Assembly (NCBI GenBank): GCA_045803545.1
Contig: JBJMOW010000004.1
Span: 1,088,001 to 1,152,000, forward strand
Direction of reading: 5' to 3'
Length of the DNA stretch: 64,000 bases
Source of the DNA: Gemmatimonadaceae bacterium
GTDB lineage: Bacteria; Gemmatimonadota; Gemmatimonadetes; Gemmatimonadales; Gemmatimonadaceae
In this document: positions 19,771 through 29,706 of the stretch, one piece after another
How positions within the stretch are numbered: the stretch's first letter is position 1
Layout of the letters: each line of letters opens with the position of its first letter
Made by a program: the position numbers and the translations under genes
The notes under the pieces: generated by a model
Told to the model about the DNA's origin: nothing
What the model saw: the letters and a program-made list of their open reading frames with translations, nothing else
Databases searched by the model: none

Positions 19771-20229
19771 TCAGCTCGGTGGTAAAGTTGAACCAGGTGG
19801 CGCGCTCGGGCGCGCGTGCGGAGCCGTCGCGGTGGTTCCAGCGAGCTCCTGAATGAGGTGGGTGAGCTCCATCCTCGATGCCTCATCTAAATGCGATGGC
19901 GCGGCTTTGACAAGATCTTCGAATGCCACTGCCAGCCGCGCGCGATCGTGACCCGTTATAGCGCCGAGTATGCCGAACGCGGTCGATCTGATTCCGCTCG
20001 GAACCGCGAGGGAAGACAGCCACTGTTTGGTGTTTTCGGTGCGTTCGATGGTCTGTTCCCGCGTCAGCTCGAAAGGAGGCAGCATTCCGGCGCAAAGCCT
20101 CCCGAGCTGCAGGGCCGCGAGCAGGGTTTCGCGATCTCCTCCCAGCGACGCTCGTCCGGCCGCCGCTGCGAGCGAGCGGAACCGAAACGAGGGTGTAACG
20201 AGTGCAAACTTGGGTAGCTGGCCGAGCAC
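19771..20229 (-). CDS. Hypothetical protein
   Basis: ORF abuts yebC start on the same strand; helical composition. Confidence 0.6.
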   Translation of the reverse strand: MLGQLPKFALVTPSFRFRSLAAAAGRASLGGDRETLLAALQLGRLCAGMLPPFELTREQTIERTENTKQWLSSLAVPSGIRSTAFGILGAITGHDRARLAVAFEDLVKAAPSHLDEASRMELTHLIQELAGTTATAPHARPSAPPGSTLPPS

Positions 20230-20275
20230 ACTCCGAATCTAGGCACGGAGTTGGCCTCCGGCTACATTCACGAGT

Positions 20276-21859
20276 ATGGCCGTACCGGTCCTAAACCCCC
20301 CAAAATCAATACTGTGGGTAGACGATGAGGGTGAGCTCCTCGAGCCCCATCGCATCTTTCTGCGCTCGAAAGGCTATACCGTAGAGTGGGCGTCAAACGC
20401 GGACGATGCCATCGAGCTCCTGAGGCGTCGTCCGTTCGACATCCTTCTGCTCGACGAGCAGATGCCAGGCAAGCGAGGCCTCGAAGTGTTTCGCGATGTG
20501 CGCGAGCTCGCGCCGTCGCTTCCGGTCGTGATGGTGACGAAGAGCGAGGAGGATTCCACGCTCAAAGAGGCGATCGGCGCCAACGTTCGCGACTATCTCG
20601 TTAAGCCGATCAACCCACGGCAGGTGCTAACCGTTGTGACGCGGATTCTGGAAGGTCCGCGCATTCGTCAGCAGGCAATTGCACGCAGCTTCGTGGACAG
20701 ATTCCGCGCGATCGAGCTCGAGCGCGATCGCAATCTCGATTGGCGCGGCTGGATCGATCGCTACGACGAGCTAATGCGCTGGGATGTCGACCTTGCCGCA
20801 GCCGGTGAAATGGGATTGTACGAGTCGCTGCAGGGACTTTATCCCGACATGCACCGCGAGTTCGCGGGTTTCATCAAAGAGAACTATCCGGGCTGGCTAA
20901 CAAATCTCGAGAGCAACCGGCCTCCGCTCTCGATCGATATCGTCGGCGAATTTCTGCTCCCGATTCTCGAGCGCGACAAAAACGCGGTCTTCATCGTCGT
21001 CGATTGTCTGAGACTCGACCAGTGGCGCGCGCTGGAACCGCTGATGGCGCCCTACTTCGACGTCGAAACGACGCACTACTACGCGGTGCTGCCCACGGCG
21101 ACGCCCTACTCCCGTAACGCGCTGTTCAGCGGGTTGTTCCCCGGCGAGATCGCTGCACGACTGCCGGACTGGTGGGGCAATGCCGATCGCGAAGACGAGT
21201 CTCTGAATGCGCACGAGCGCGAGTTGCTCGAGACGCATCTCGAGGAGATTTGTGGCGGGAAGACTCCGGTGCGTTACCAGAAAATCTCGACCGCCGCCAA
21301 CTCCGACGAGCTCGAACGACATCTCGGCACAGCGATCGGTCCGGAAGGTGTGAGCGCTTTCGTCTTCAACTTCGTCGATCTGCTCACCCACGGCCGCAGC
21401 GAGTCGCAGATACTATATGAAGTAGCACGCGACGAGATCGCCTTGCGACAGATCACCCGCCAGTGGTTCCAGCGCTCGGCGCTGTTCAGTGTGCTGAAGG
21501 AAGCATCGCGCCGAAAAATCTCGGTTCTGCTGACCACCGATCACGGATCGATTCACTGCAATACGCCAGCGACCGTTTATGCCAAGCGGGATGCGAGCGC
21601 GAATTTGAGATACAAATTCGGTGAGGATCTTCGCGCCGAAAGGCCCGATCAGGCGCTGCTGTTCCCCAATGAAGACATGTTGCGGCTGCCGAGGCGCGGC
21701 GCGGGTGGAAATACGCTGCTGGCGACGAACGACTGCTTCTTCGTTTATCCAACCAAGCTGCGCGAGTATCAGAGCCGGTATCGTGGATCCTTTCTCCACG
21801 GCGGCGTCACGCCGGAGGAAGTGATTCTGCCGCTGGCGCTGCTTACGCCTCGCCGGTAA
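20276..21859 (+). CDS. PorX-like response regulator with C-terminal PglZ/alkaline-phosphatase-superfamily domain
   Basis: ILWVDDE..LLDEQMPG..MVTKSEE receiver; VVDCLRLDQW, LPTATPYSRNALF, NFVDLLTH, TTDHG, FLHGG. Confidence 0.88.
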   Translation: MAVPVLNPPKSILWVDDEGELLEPHRIFLRSKGYTVEWASNADDAIELLRRRPFDILLLDEQMPGKRGLEVFRDVRELAPSLPVVMVTKSEEDSTLKEAIGANVRDYLVKPINPRQVLTVVTRILEGPRIRQQAIARSFVDRFRAIELERDRNLDWRGWIDRYDELMRWDVDLAAAGEMGLYESLQGLYPDMHREFAGFIKENYPGWLTNLESNRPPLSIDIVGEFLLPILERDKNAVFIVVDCLRLDQWRALEPLMAPYFDVETTHYYAVLPTATPYSRNALFSGLFPGEIAARLPDWWGNADREDESLNAHERELLETHLEEICGGKTPVRYQKISTAANSDELERHLGTAIGPEGVSAFVFNFVDLLTHGRSESQILYEVARDEIALRQITRQWFQRSALFSVLKEASRRKISVLLTTDHGSIHCNTPATVYAKRDASANLRYKFGEDLRAERPDQALLFPNEDMLRLPRRGAGGNTLLATNDCFFVYPTKLREYQSRYRGSFLHGGVTPEEVILPLALLTPRR

Positions 21860-21862
21860 AAG

Positions 21863-23749
21863 GTGCGGGAAGCGGGAGCCGCCTCCACTTCGGCTTACAA
21901 GCGGCTGGTGCCGTATCTGCGTCCACACGCCTGGCGGATGGCGATCACCATCGCCTGCAATTTGCTGGCGGCACTGCTCGATGGATTTGCGATCGCGCTG
22001 CTGATCCCCTTCCTCAACATCCTATTTCATCAGCCGGCGACGGCCCTGAAATCGGGGTGGGTCTCCAAGCTGCTCGATGCCACGGTCGGTTCGCAGATCG
22101 TGCCGGGCGACGAGATGCGCTCGCTGCGCAACGTCATCCTGCTCGTCCTGACGGCGGTGCTGCTCAAGAACGTTTTCGTCTGGATCGCAGGTCAGTTCGG
22201 CGCCACCCTGCAGGAGTACGTGACTCGAGATCTGAGGAACTCGGTCTACAGGCATCTCGCGCACCTCCCGCTTGGCTACTTCACGCAGATGAAGGCCGGA
22301 CAGATCCTCTCGCGCGTAATCAATGACACCTTCGAGACGCGACTGATCCTCACCCAGATCGTGACCCAGTCCCTGCAGAGCGCATCGCTGGTAATCGTCT
22401 ACATCGCGATTCTGTTCAGCATCTCGTGGAAGCTGTCGCTGATTGCGCTGATCATACTGCCGCTGCTCGGTGTGTCGCTGCAGCCAATGCTTAAAAGACT
22501 GCGTCGCGGCAATCTCCGTCGCGGCAACGTGCACGGCGAGATGACCAGCGTATTGCAGGAGACCATCAGCGGCATTCGACTCGTTAAGGCGAGCGGCACT
22601 GAAGCGTACGAAGAGGCGCGCTTTGCCGACGGAAGCAACAAGTACGCGCGCAGCAGCCTCAAGATGACTCGGCTCGCTCTGGTTGCGCCGCCCGTCACCG
22701 AGATCATCGGCACTTTGATCGCTGTGCTCGTACTCTGGGTCGGCGCGTGGCAGGTGCTCAGCGCGGGCACGATGACCGGCGCAACGCTGCTCGCGTTCCT
22801 GACGCTTGTGCTGCGGCTGCTGCAGCCACTGAAGCAGCTTTCGCAAATGCGTACCACCGCGCAGTCGTCGCTCGCCTCGGCCGAGAGGTTGTTCGAGATC
22901 CTCGATTCGCCGGCTGAGTTTCAGCGCGACCGCGGTACCCGAGACAAGCCGACCTTCGAGCAGGAGCTGAAGTTTGACGACGTGACCTTTGCCTACGGCG
23001 ACGCACCTGTGCTCCGCAACGTAGATCTCAGTGTGCGCAAAGGAGAGGTCATCGCGATTGTGGGGCCGAGTGGCTCGGGGAAGAGCACGCTGGTCGACCT
23101 TATCCCCCGGTTTTACGAGCCGACTCGCGGACGTATTCTCATCGACGGTGTCGACACGCGTGAGATCAAACTGCCTTCGCTGCGCGGCCTCACCGGCATC
23201 GTCAGTCAGGAGACTGTGCTGTTCCATGACACAGTTCGCAACAACATCGCGTACGGCGCACCAGGCCGTTACACGCAACAGCAGATCGAGGATGCTGCGA
23301 AGGCCGCCAACGCGCACACATTCATCATGGAGCTGCCGAACGGCTACGACACATTGCTGGGTGAGCGCGGAACGCGACTCTCAGGGGGTCAACGCCAGCG
23401 TCTGGCGATTGCACGAGCCTTGCTCAGTGATCCGCCCATCCTCATCCTCGACGAAGCGACTTCCGCACTGGACACGGAATCCGAACGTCTGGTTCAGGAA
23501 GCCGTGGATCGTTTACTCCAGGGGAGAACTGTCTTTGTGATTGCACACCGCCTGTCGACAATTACGCACGCCGACAGAATCATTTTCCTCGATCGCGGCG
23601 AGATCGTGGAACAGGGAAATCATACCGAGCTCCTCGCACTTGCCGGCGCGTATTCGCGCCTTTACGCGCTGCAGTTCGGCGACGTGAACGGTCAAAACGA
23701 GACGATAGCGGGAAAGTTGGCCGGCCGTCTCGCTGAATCGACCGGCTAA
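21863..23749 (+). CDS. msbA: MsbA-like lipid A/lipid export ABC transporter
   Basis: N-terminal TM domain, GPSGSGKST, LSGGQRQRLAIARA, LDEATSALD; LPS gene context. Confidence 0.8.
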   Translation: MREAGAASTSAYKRLVPYLRPHAWRMAITIACNLLAALLDGFAIALLIPFLNILFHQPATALKSGWVSKLLDATVGSQIVPGDEMRSLRNVILLVLTAVLLKNVFVWIAGQFGATLQEYVTRDLRNSVYRHLAHLPLGYFTQMKAGQILSRVINDTFETRLILTQIVTQSLQSASLVIVYIAILFSISWKLSLIALIILPLLGVSLQPMLKRLRRGNLRRGNVHGEMTSVLQETISGIRLVKASGTEAYEEARFADGSNKYARSSLKMTRLALVAPPVTEIIGTLIAVLVLWVGAWQVLSAGTMTGATLLAFLTLVLRLLQPLKQLSQMRTTAQSSLASAERLFEILDSPAEFQRDRGTRDKPTFEQELKFDDVTFAYGDAPVLRNVDLSVRKGEVIAIVGPSGSGKSTLVDLIPRFYEPTRGRILIDGVDTREIKLPSLRGLTGIVSQETVLFHDTVRNNIAYGAPGRYTQQQIEDAAKAANAHTFIMELPNGYDTLLGERGTRLSGGQRQRLAIARALLSDPPILILDEATSALDTESERLVQEAVDRLLQGRTVFVIAHRLSTITHADRIIFLDRGEIVEQGNHTELLALAGAYSRLYALQFGDVNGQNETIAGKLAGRLAESTG

Positions 23750-23758
23750 AGAGCATCA

Positions 23759-24907
23759 GTGCACGTTTTATTTCTGCATAGCGCACGCGAGTGGTCGGGA
23801 ACCGCGCGGTTGTTTGCGCGCGCGGGTCGCGGTATTTCCGAGCGCGGCGCCAAGGTGACATTTCTGGTCGCGCCCGACAGCAACGTGCACCTCGCGGTGT
23901 CACCGCGCCGTCAGCCCGGCCAGGCGCGTCACACCCCGATCCCCGAGCCGTTCGAGATCATTCCGTTTTCGACGGAAGGATGGTTCCTGTCGGCGGCCCG
24001 TCGCCTGCGGCGAATTTTTCGCCGCTGGGATGCGGACACGATCTTCGTGAGCACCAATCGCGAGCACCTCATCGCATCAACTGCGTGCTGGCTGAGTCGC
24101 AACGGCTCCGTTGTGCGTTGGACGCCGGCGGGGAAAAGACTGGACCTGGATTTCGCCGGGAATGTAGCGTCGCGGCTGGCGCGGACGACGTATCTGTTCG
24201 CAAGCGAGAACGACCGTCGACAGACCACGCTGCCCAAGAACGCAGTGGACGCGTTGGTCGCGAAAATAGGAGTCGATGTCTCGACGTATTCCCGTGACGC
24301 CGAAAAACCTTCGGAGCCTGAGGCCGGAACATCTCCCGGTGAGATCCAGACGCCGTCGAAGTACATCGTCTGCGTCTATGATCCGACTTCACGCGGACGC
24401 GCGGCAACGGCAATCCGCACGATCTCGATGCTGGCACCAAGGCATCCGGATCTGCGGCTGATCATCGTCGGCCCGCGTTCTGACGACGAAGATTTGCGAA
24501 TGCAGGCGGCGGCGCTTCGGGTTCTGCACCTCGTCCGCTTCCTCGGAGAACGCGATGACGTCATCAACCTGATGATGGATGCGCACCTCGGCTGGGTCGT
24601 CGCTGAAGCAGACACCGGCGCGTATGGCATTCTCGATTTGATGGCCCTCGGCGTTCCGGCTGTCGCGAGTGAGAGCGGCGTTGCCGACCGCTATATCGCC
24701 AACGGCATTACCGGGGCGTTGTATCCGCCCGATGACTCCGCGTCTACAGCGGCGACCGTGGCGGGGCTGCTCCTCAGCGACGAGGCCCGGTTGGCGATGG
24801 GGAAGGCCGGTCGCACCAGAGTGGCGAGAGAATTCCCTGAGACGGACATGATCGAAGGATTCGACCGCGCTGCCAACAGTGCTCGCACCCGGAGTCGTCG
24901 GGGGTGA
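23759..24907 (+). CDS. GT4 family glycosyltransferase (divergent)
   Basis: GT-B C-terminal pattern VRFLGERDDV...LMALGVPAVA...TGALYPPDD. Confidence 0.75.
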   Translation: MHVLFLHSAREWSGTARLFARAGRGISERGAKVTFLVAPDSNVHLAVSPRRQPGQARHTPIPEPFEIIPFSTEGWFLSAARRLRRIFRRWDADTIFVSTNREHLIASTACWLSRNGSVVRWTPAGKRLDLDFAGNVASRLARTTYLFASENDRRQTTLPKNAVDALVAKIGVDVSTYSRDAEKPSEPEAGTSPGEIQTPSKYIVCVYDPTSRGRAATAIRTISMLAPRHPDLRLIIVGPRSDDEDLRMQAAALRVLHLVRFLGERDDVINLMMDAHLGWVVAEADTGAYGILDLMALGVPAVASESGVADRYIANGITGALYPPDDSASTAATVAGLLLSDEARLAMGKAGRTRVAREFPETDMIEGFDRAANSARTRSRRG

Positions 24908-25683
24908 GTCCCCAGGGCCGCGGCTCCCCCGACGTGACGGCGGTGATCGCGGCACACAACGAATCCGCGAACATCGAAGCCTGTATCGCCAGCGTCGACT
25001 GGGCTCGCGAGGTGATTGTCGTCGAGAACGACTCCCTCGATGATACGATCGAGCGCGCCCGCGGCGCCGGCGCGAACGTCATCAGCCCCGCATTCACAAC
25101 GATCGGCGCCGCTCGCAACAACGCCATCGAACGCGCGCAGACGCCCTGGGTGCTGGTCCTGGATGCAGACGAGCGCTCTACACCTGAGCTTGCCGCGGAG
25201 ATTCGCGAGCGCGTGAAGATGCCGGGCGACAACGTCGCGTTCAGGATCCCGCGTCGGAACTTCTTCCTCGGCAAGGAGATCCGTCACGGAGGTTGGGGCA
25301 GCGACAAACCGATCCGGCTCTTTCGCCGAGAATTCCGTTACAACGCCAATCTGGTGCATGAGCACGTCAATGTGACCAAAGGCGGAATCGGTGAAGTCAG
25401 AAACTCGCTTCTTCACTACACCTACACATCGCTCGACCAATACTTTGAAAAGTTCGATCGTTACAGTAAGTGGTGGGCGCAGCAGAATCTCGTCAACGGG
25501 CGACGAACGAGTGCGGCTGCGGTATTATTCAAACCCCCGGCGCGCTTCGTCTCGATGTATTTGCTGAAAGGCGGATTCCGCGATGGCGGTCACGGTTTGA
25601 TCCTCGCTGCACTCGCGTCCGCGAGTGTGATGGCGAAGTATGCGAGACTCTGGGAACGGTCTAGAACGGCGGCACGGCGTTGA
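24904..25683 (+). CDS. GT2 glycosyltransferase, WaaE/KdtX-like LPS core glucosyltransferase
   Basis: AHNE..NI, WVLVLDADE, PRRNFFLG, VHEHV, LLHYTY, GFRDG..G. Confidence 0.88.
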   Translation: MSPQGRGSPDVTAVIAAHNESANIEACIASVDWAREVIVVENDSLDDTIERARGAGANVISPAFTTIGAARNNAIERAQTPWVLVLDADERSTPELAAEIRERVKMPGDNVAFRIPRRNFFLGKEIRHGGWGSDKPIRLFRREFRYNANLVHEHVNVTKGGIGEVRNSLLHYTYTSLDQYFEKFDRYSKWWAQQNLVNGRRTSAAAVLFKPPARFVSMYLLKGGFRDGGHGLILAALASASVMAKYARLWERSRTAARR

Positions 25684-26642
25684 GAGTCCTCATCATCGGC
25701 AGCAACAAGAAATGGAGAATGGAGCGCAGCACCGAGCGCGCGCTCAGACGGGCGGGCCACACCACTCGGCTGTTCGACGACAAGCGCAGCAAGCAACTGA
25801 TCGGGTCGAGCTTCGTCCAGCGTCGCGCGTTGTCGATCGCGAATTCATTCAAGCCCGATTTCGTGCTGCTGGGAAAATGTCAGGCGCTGACGCTCGATAC
25901 AGTGGGCAAAATCATCTCCGGCAAGCCGAACGCGATGTGGTACCACGATCCGCCGTCGTTCCGCAACATCAAGCGTCCCGATATCAAGCACATTGCCGAT
26001 GTCGGCAAATTGTCGCAGACATTCTTCGTGTCGGGATTCGTCGACGAATGGAGAAAGCTCGGCTTGCCGGCAAAGTTTCTCCCTTCAGCCGCCGACCGGG
26101 AGCTCGGCCCCAGAAAGCCCGAGAATAACCTCGGGTCCGACGTCACTTTCATCGGTACTGGTTACGATCGGTCGCGCGCGACGTTCCTCGCGAAAATCGC
26201 AAAGCGGTTCGAGCTCAAGGTTTGGGGGCCGGGCTGGGAAGAATGGCGGAAGGAGCTCCGGTGGACTGGCCGCACTGTTTACGGCCCAGCCTTCGCCAGT
26301 GTCTGCTCGAGCTCGAAGATTGTCCTCGGCATCAACCCGACCATCGCGCGTGGCGCGACCAACTACACCTCAGACAGGACGTGGATGGTCATTCAGGCGG
26401 GCGGATTCTACCTGGGCGAAGGAACGGACGGCATCACCACGCTCTTGCGCGAAGGTGATCATTGCGCCTGGTACAAGGATCTGGAGCAGTGTCTCGACCG
26501 CTGTACGTACTACCTTGGCAATCCCGCCGCGCGTGAGCGCGTGCGAAGGCAGGGGCAGCACTTCGTCGCCGAGCACCACACCTTCGACCAACGAATCCAC
26601 AATCTTCTTTCCAGCGAAGAGTTCCATAATCCACTCGGCTAG
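25680..26642 (+). CDS. CgeB-like glycosyltransferase (Glyco_trans_1_2)
   Basis: DVTFIG, SKIVLGIN, SDR, EHHTFDQRI. Confidence 0.8.
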   Translation: MRVLIIGSNKKWRMERSTERALRRAGHTTRLFDDKRSKQLIGSSFVQRRALSIANSFKPDFVLLGKCQALTLDTVGKIISGKPNAMWYHDPPSFRNIKRPDIKHIADVGKLSQTFFVSGFVDEWRKLGLPAKFLPSAADRELGPRKPENNLGSDVTFIGTGYDRSRATFLAKIAKRFELKVWGPGWEEWRKELRWTGRTVYGPAFASVCSSSKIVLGINPTIARGATNYTSDRTWMVIQAGGFYLGEGTDGITTLLREGDHCAWYKDLEQCLDRCTYYLGNPAARERVRRQGQHFVAEHHTFDQRIHNLLSSEEFHNPLG

Positions 26643-26648
26643 GTATCC

Positions 26649-27833
26649 GTGAGTCGACATTTATTTGTCACTCAGGATTACGGCCCCGATCTCGGTGGAA
26701 TGGCGCGTCGGCACGTGGAGTTGTGCCGACGGTTTGGCGACGGCGAAGACACTGTGATGAGCGTATCCACAGTTGCGTCGCCCGGCGCCGATGCGTTCGA
26801 CCAGCACGAGGGTTACCGGATATTCCGGCAACCGTTTCCTTTTCAGCGCGCCAACCGCTTCTCGAATCAGCTGCGGTGGGCGCGATGGCTGACGTCCAAT
26901 CGCGCGACAAACGTCGACGTGCTGCACTGCGGCAACATTCGCCCCGTCGGTTACGGTGTCCGCTGGGCCAATCGGCGACTGGGTCTGCCGTACCTTGTCT
27001 ATGTGAACGGCGGAGATCTGTTGCGTGAGCGCAGGAAGGCGGAGCGCAGTGCGGTCAAGCGCATGTCCGCGCGCTCGATCATGGGCAACGCGTCGGGAGT
27101 GGTCGCGACATCGAAATGGGTCGCTCAGCTCGCGACCGATGTGATGCACGAGGTCGGCGTTGAGAAATTGCCGCCGGTTGCCGCACTCGATCTCGGCACC
27201 GATCCTGTCCACTTCAATCCATCGCGCGATACCGGAGCGCTCCGTCGACGTTGGGGTGTTGGGGATGCGCCTATTATGCTGACGGTCGCGCGCCTGGTTC
27301 CGCACAAGGGTCAGGATATGGGAATCAGGGCACTCGCGATGTTGGCGCGCGACTTCCCCCAGCTTCGCTACATAATGGTAGGGGAGGGACACGACGAGCA
27401 GCGCCTGCGCGCCCTGGCCCGCGAGCTGGGCGTGAGCGATAAAATCGGGTTCGTGGGACCTATGCGCGACGACGAATTGCCGGAGGCATATGCGACTTCG
27501 ACGATCTATCTCGGCGCTTCTCGCGTAGACCGTGACATCAACGTGGAAGGCTTCGGCATTTCGTTTCTCGAGGCGGGAGCCTCGGGCATTCCGTCGGTTG
27601 CGGGCGACTCCGGGGGAGTACGTTCAGCGGTGCGAGACGGCGAGACCGGGATCGTCGTTCCGCCAACCGATCTCGATGCAATCGCCGACGCGATTCGCTC
27701 GCTCCTCGTGAACTCCGACCGACGGAAGCAGTTAGGCCAGGCCGCGCGGCGTGCGATCGAGACGCACTACAACTGGGATCGCGTTGCGCGCGACACTCGC
27801 GATTTCACGAGTCGCGTCGTGGGATCCGGGTGA
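26649..27833 (+). CDS. GT4 family glycosyltransferase (PimB-like)
   Basis: VTQDYGP..GG, VARLVPHKGQD, EGFGISFLEA. Confidence 0.9.
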   Translation: MSRHLFVTQDYGPDLGGMARRHVELCRRFGDGEDTVMSVSTVASPGADAFDQHEGYRIFRQPFPFQRANRFSNQLRWARWLTSNRATNVDVLHCGNIRPVGYGVRWANRRLGLPYLVYVNGGDLLRERRKAERSAVKRMSARSIMGNASGVVATSKWVAQLATDVMHEVGVEKLPPVAALDLGTDPVHFNPSRDTGALRRRWGVGDAPIMLTVARLVPHKGQDMGIRALAMLARDFPQLRYIMVGEGHDEQRLRALARELGVSDKIGFVGPMRDDELPEAYATSTIYLGASRVDRDINVEGFGISFLEAGASGIPSVAGDSGGVRSAVRDGETGIVVPPTDLDAIADAIRSLLVNSDRRKQLGQAARRAIETHYNWDRVARDTRDFTSRVVGSG

Positions 27834-28771
27834 CGACCAAGGTCAGGAAAAAACCCACACTCGCCCACCGCGCCGAGTACTACGCAATGCGCGGCATTGT
27901 TGGCGTGCTGCGCACGATGAGCTGGGAGGCCGCGTGCAGGTTCGGTGAGCGGCTCGGCGTGCTGGGTTACCGGCCGCTCAACATCCGTAAGCGTGTAGTC
28001 GAGAAGCAAATCGCGGCCGCTTTTCCGAATCTCAATCGCGAGCAAGTGAAAGAGCTTGCCCGCCAATCTTACGCCCACTTAGGCCGCACTTTCGTCGAGT
28101 CGGCGCTGTTCGACACCATCGGTAAGGAGGGCGTGCTCGATATCGTCGACGAGGTTCACGGCTGGGAGCACATCGACAGACAGATCGCGCAAGGGCAGGG
28201 CATTGTATTTGTCACCGGACACCACGGAAATTGGGAGCTTGCCGGCGCCTATGTCGCGGCGCGCGACGTTCCGGTCGATGCGATTGCGCGCGGGATGGCG
28301 AACCCCCTGACCGACGACTACGTGACTCGGGTGCGGGAAGCGACGGGGATGGTGATCGTCCATGACGCTGACGCAGTTCGCCGCGCGCCGAGATCGCTGC
28401 GCGCCGGACGGGGCGTCGCGTTCATCGCCGACCAGGGGGTTTTGGGGCTCGCGTCGACGTTCGTTCCGTTCTTCGGACGGCCTGCAAAGACTCCTCGCGG
28501 TGCCGCGGTATTCGCCTTGCGATTCGAAGTGCCCGTAATTTTCATGGTCGCACTGCGAAAGCCCAGTGGAAAGTTTCGCGTCATCGTCGAGCGAATCGAG
28601 TCTAGGCGAACAGGCGACATGGATAAGGACGTGGACAGTATTGTAGCGGAGTTCACCAGGCGACTCGAGCACTGGGTGCGTGAGGAGCCGGCGCAGTATT
28701 TCTGGCAGCATCGCCGTTGGCGAAGACAGCCTCCCGACACACCGCCGGCGCTGCGAGATCCATCGGCCTGA
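27830..28771 (+). CDS. lpxL: Lipid A late acyltransferase (LpxL/HtrB family)
   Basis: GHHGNWE, ADQ, FVPFFG, PAQYFWQHRRWR. Confidence 0.85.
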   Translation: MTTKVRKKPTLAHRAEYYAMRGIVGVLRTMSWEAACRFGERLGVLGYRPLNIRKRVVEKQIAAAFPNLNREQVKELARQSYAHLGRTFVESALFDTIGKEGVLDIVDEVHGWEHIDRQIAQGQGIVFVTGHHGNWELAGAYVAARDVPVDAIARGMANPLTDDYVTRVREATGMVIVHDADAVRRAPRSLRAGRGVAFIADQGVLGLASTFVPFFGRPAKTPRGAAVFALRFEVPVIFMVALRKPSGKFRVIVERIESRRTGDMDKDVDSIVAEFTRRLEHWVREEPAQYFWQHRRWRRQPPDTPPALRDPSA

Positions 28772-28792
28772 GTAAGAGGAGCAACAGACTGG

Positions 28793-29692
28793 ATGCTCGA
28801 TCCAAAACAGCGGCACAGATTCTTTCACGATAATCGCGCGCGCGTTGGGATCGGCGTCGTCATCGTCATGGGGCTGGCCGCCATTCTTGCTCCGCTGATA
28901 GCCCGGCAAAGTCCGGTCACGATCGATCTGCTTCACATCCTGCAGCGCCCGAACGCGCAGCACTGGCTCGGAACCGACATTCAGGGCCGCGACATCTGGT
29001 CGCGACTGCTTTATGGCGCGAGAGTGTCACTGACGGTTGGCCTGATCTCGCAGGGGATCGCGCTGTTGCTCGGCGTGACCATGGGTCTGCTCGCCGGATT
29101 TTACGGCGGCTGGGTCGACGAGATCGTGATGCGTCTCGCCGACGTGACACTGGCGTTTCCGACGCTGCTGCTGCTGATCGCGATGGTCGCAGCGCTGCAG
29201 CCCTCGATGACCGTTGTTTTCGCGGTCATTGGATTCGTAGGCTGGGCAGGAATGGCGCGAATCGTTCGTGGTCAGGTGCTGGTGGTAAGACAGCTGGAGT
29301 ACGTGCAGGCGATCAGGGCGCTAGGCGCGGGTGATTTCCGGATCATGGCACAACACGTATTGCCGAACGTCATCGCGCCAGTGGTGATCGCGGCGACGCT
29401 CGGCGTTGCCGGAGCAATCATGGCTGAGGCAGCGCTGTCTTTTCTCGGACTTGGCGTGCCGCCGCCGGCGCCCAGCTGGGGTTCGATGATTGCTGACGGG
29501 CGCGATCTGGATCAACTTCGACGCGCGCCGTGGACGTCGGTTTTTCCGGGAATGGCGATCGGCGCCGCCGTTCTTGGTTTCAACTTGCTCGGCGACGCGC
29601 TGCGCGATGCGCTCGATCCGCGAGTTTACTATCGCGAGATCAAGGAGACTAAGGAGAAAGAGCAAACAACTCAGTCTGCCACCCAACCTTAA
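28793..29692 (+). CDS. Peptide/nickel ABC transporter permease (DppC/OppC-like)
   Basis: HWLGTD..GRD, EYVQAIRALGA, HVLPN, EAALSFLGLG, FNLLGDALRDALDP. Confidence 0.92.
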   Translation: MLDPKQRHRFFHDNRARVGIGVVIVMGLAAILAPLIARQSPVTIDLLHILQRPNAQHWLGTDIQGRDIWSRLLYGARVSLTVGLISQGIALLLGVTMGLLAGFYGGWVDEIVMRLADVTLAFPTLLLLIAMVAALQPSMTVVFAVIGFVGWAGMARIVRGQVLVVRQLEYVQAIRALGAGDFRIMAQHVLPNVIAPVVIAATLGVAGAIMAEAALSFLGLGVPPPAPSWGSMIADGRDLDQLRRAPWTSVFPGMAIGAAVLGFNLLGDALRDALDPRVYYREIKETKEKEQTTQSATQP

Positions 29693-29706
29693 TTGCCAAC
29701 CGGAGG

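Noticed and set aside
20276..21859. PglZ domain as sign of a BREX phage-defence system
   Set aside because: Fused to a receiver domain (PorX architecture); no brxC, pglX or brxL nearby; context is LPS biosynthesis.
22022..23317. Long antisense ORFs (also 33460..34470, 40138..41292, 40943..42145, 58712..59617, 61367..62221)
   Set aside because: Shadow frames of well-supported genes, expected from high-GC codon bias; no recognisable motifs.
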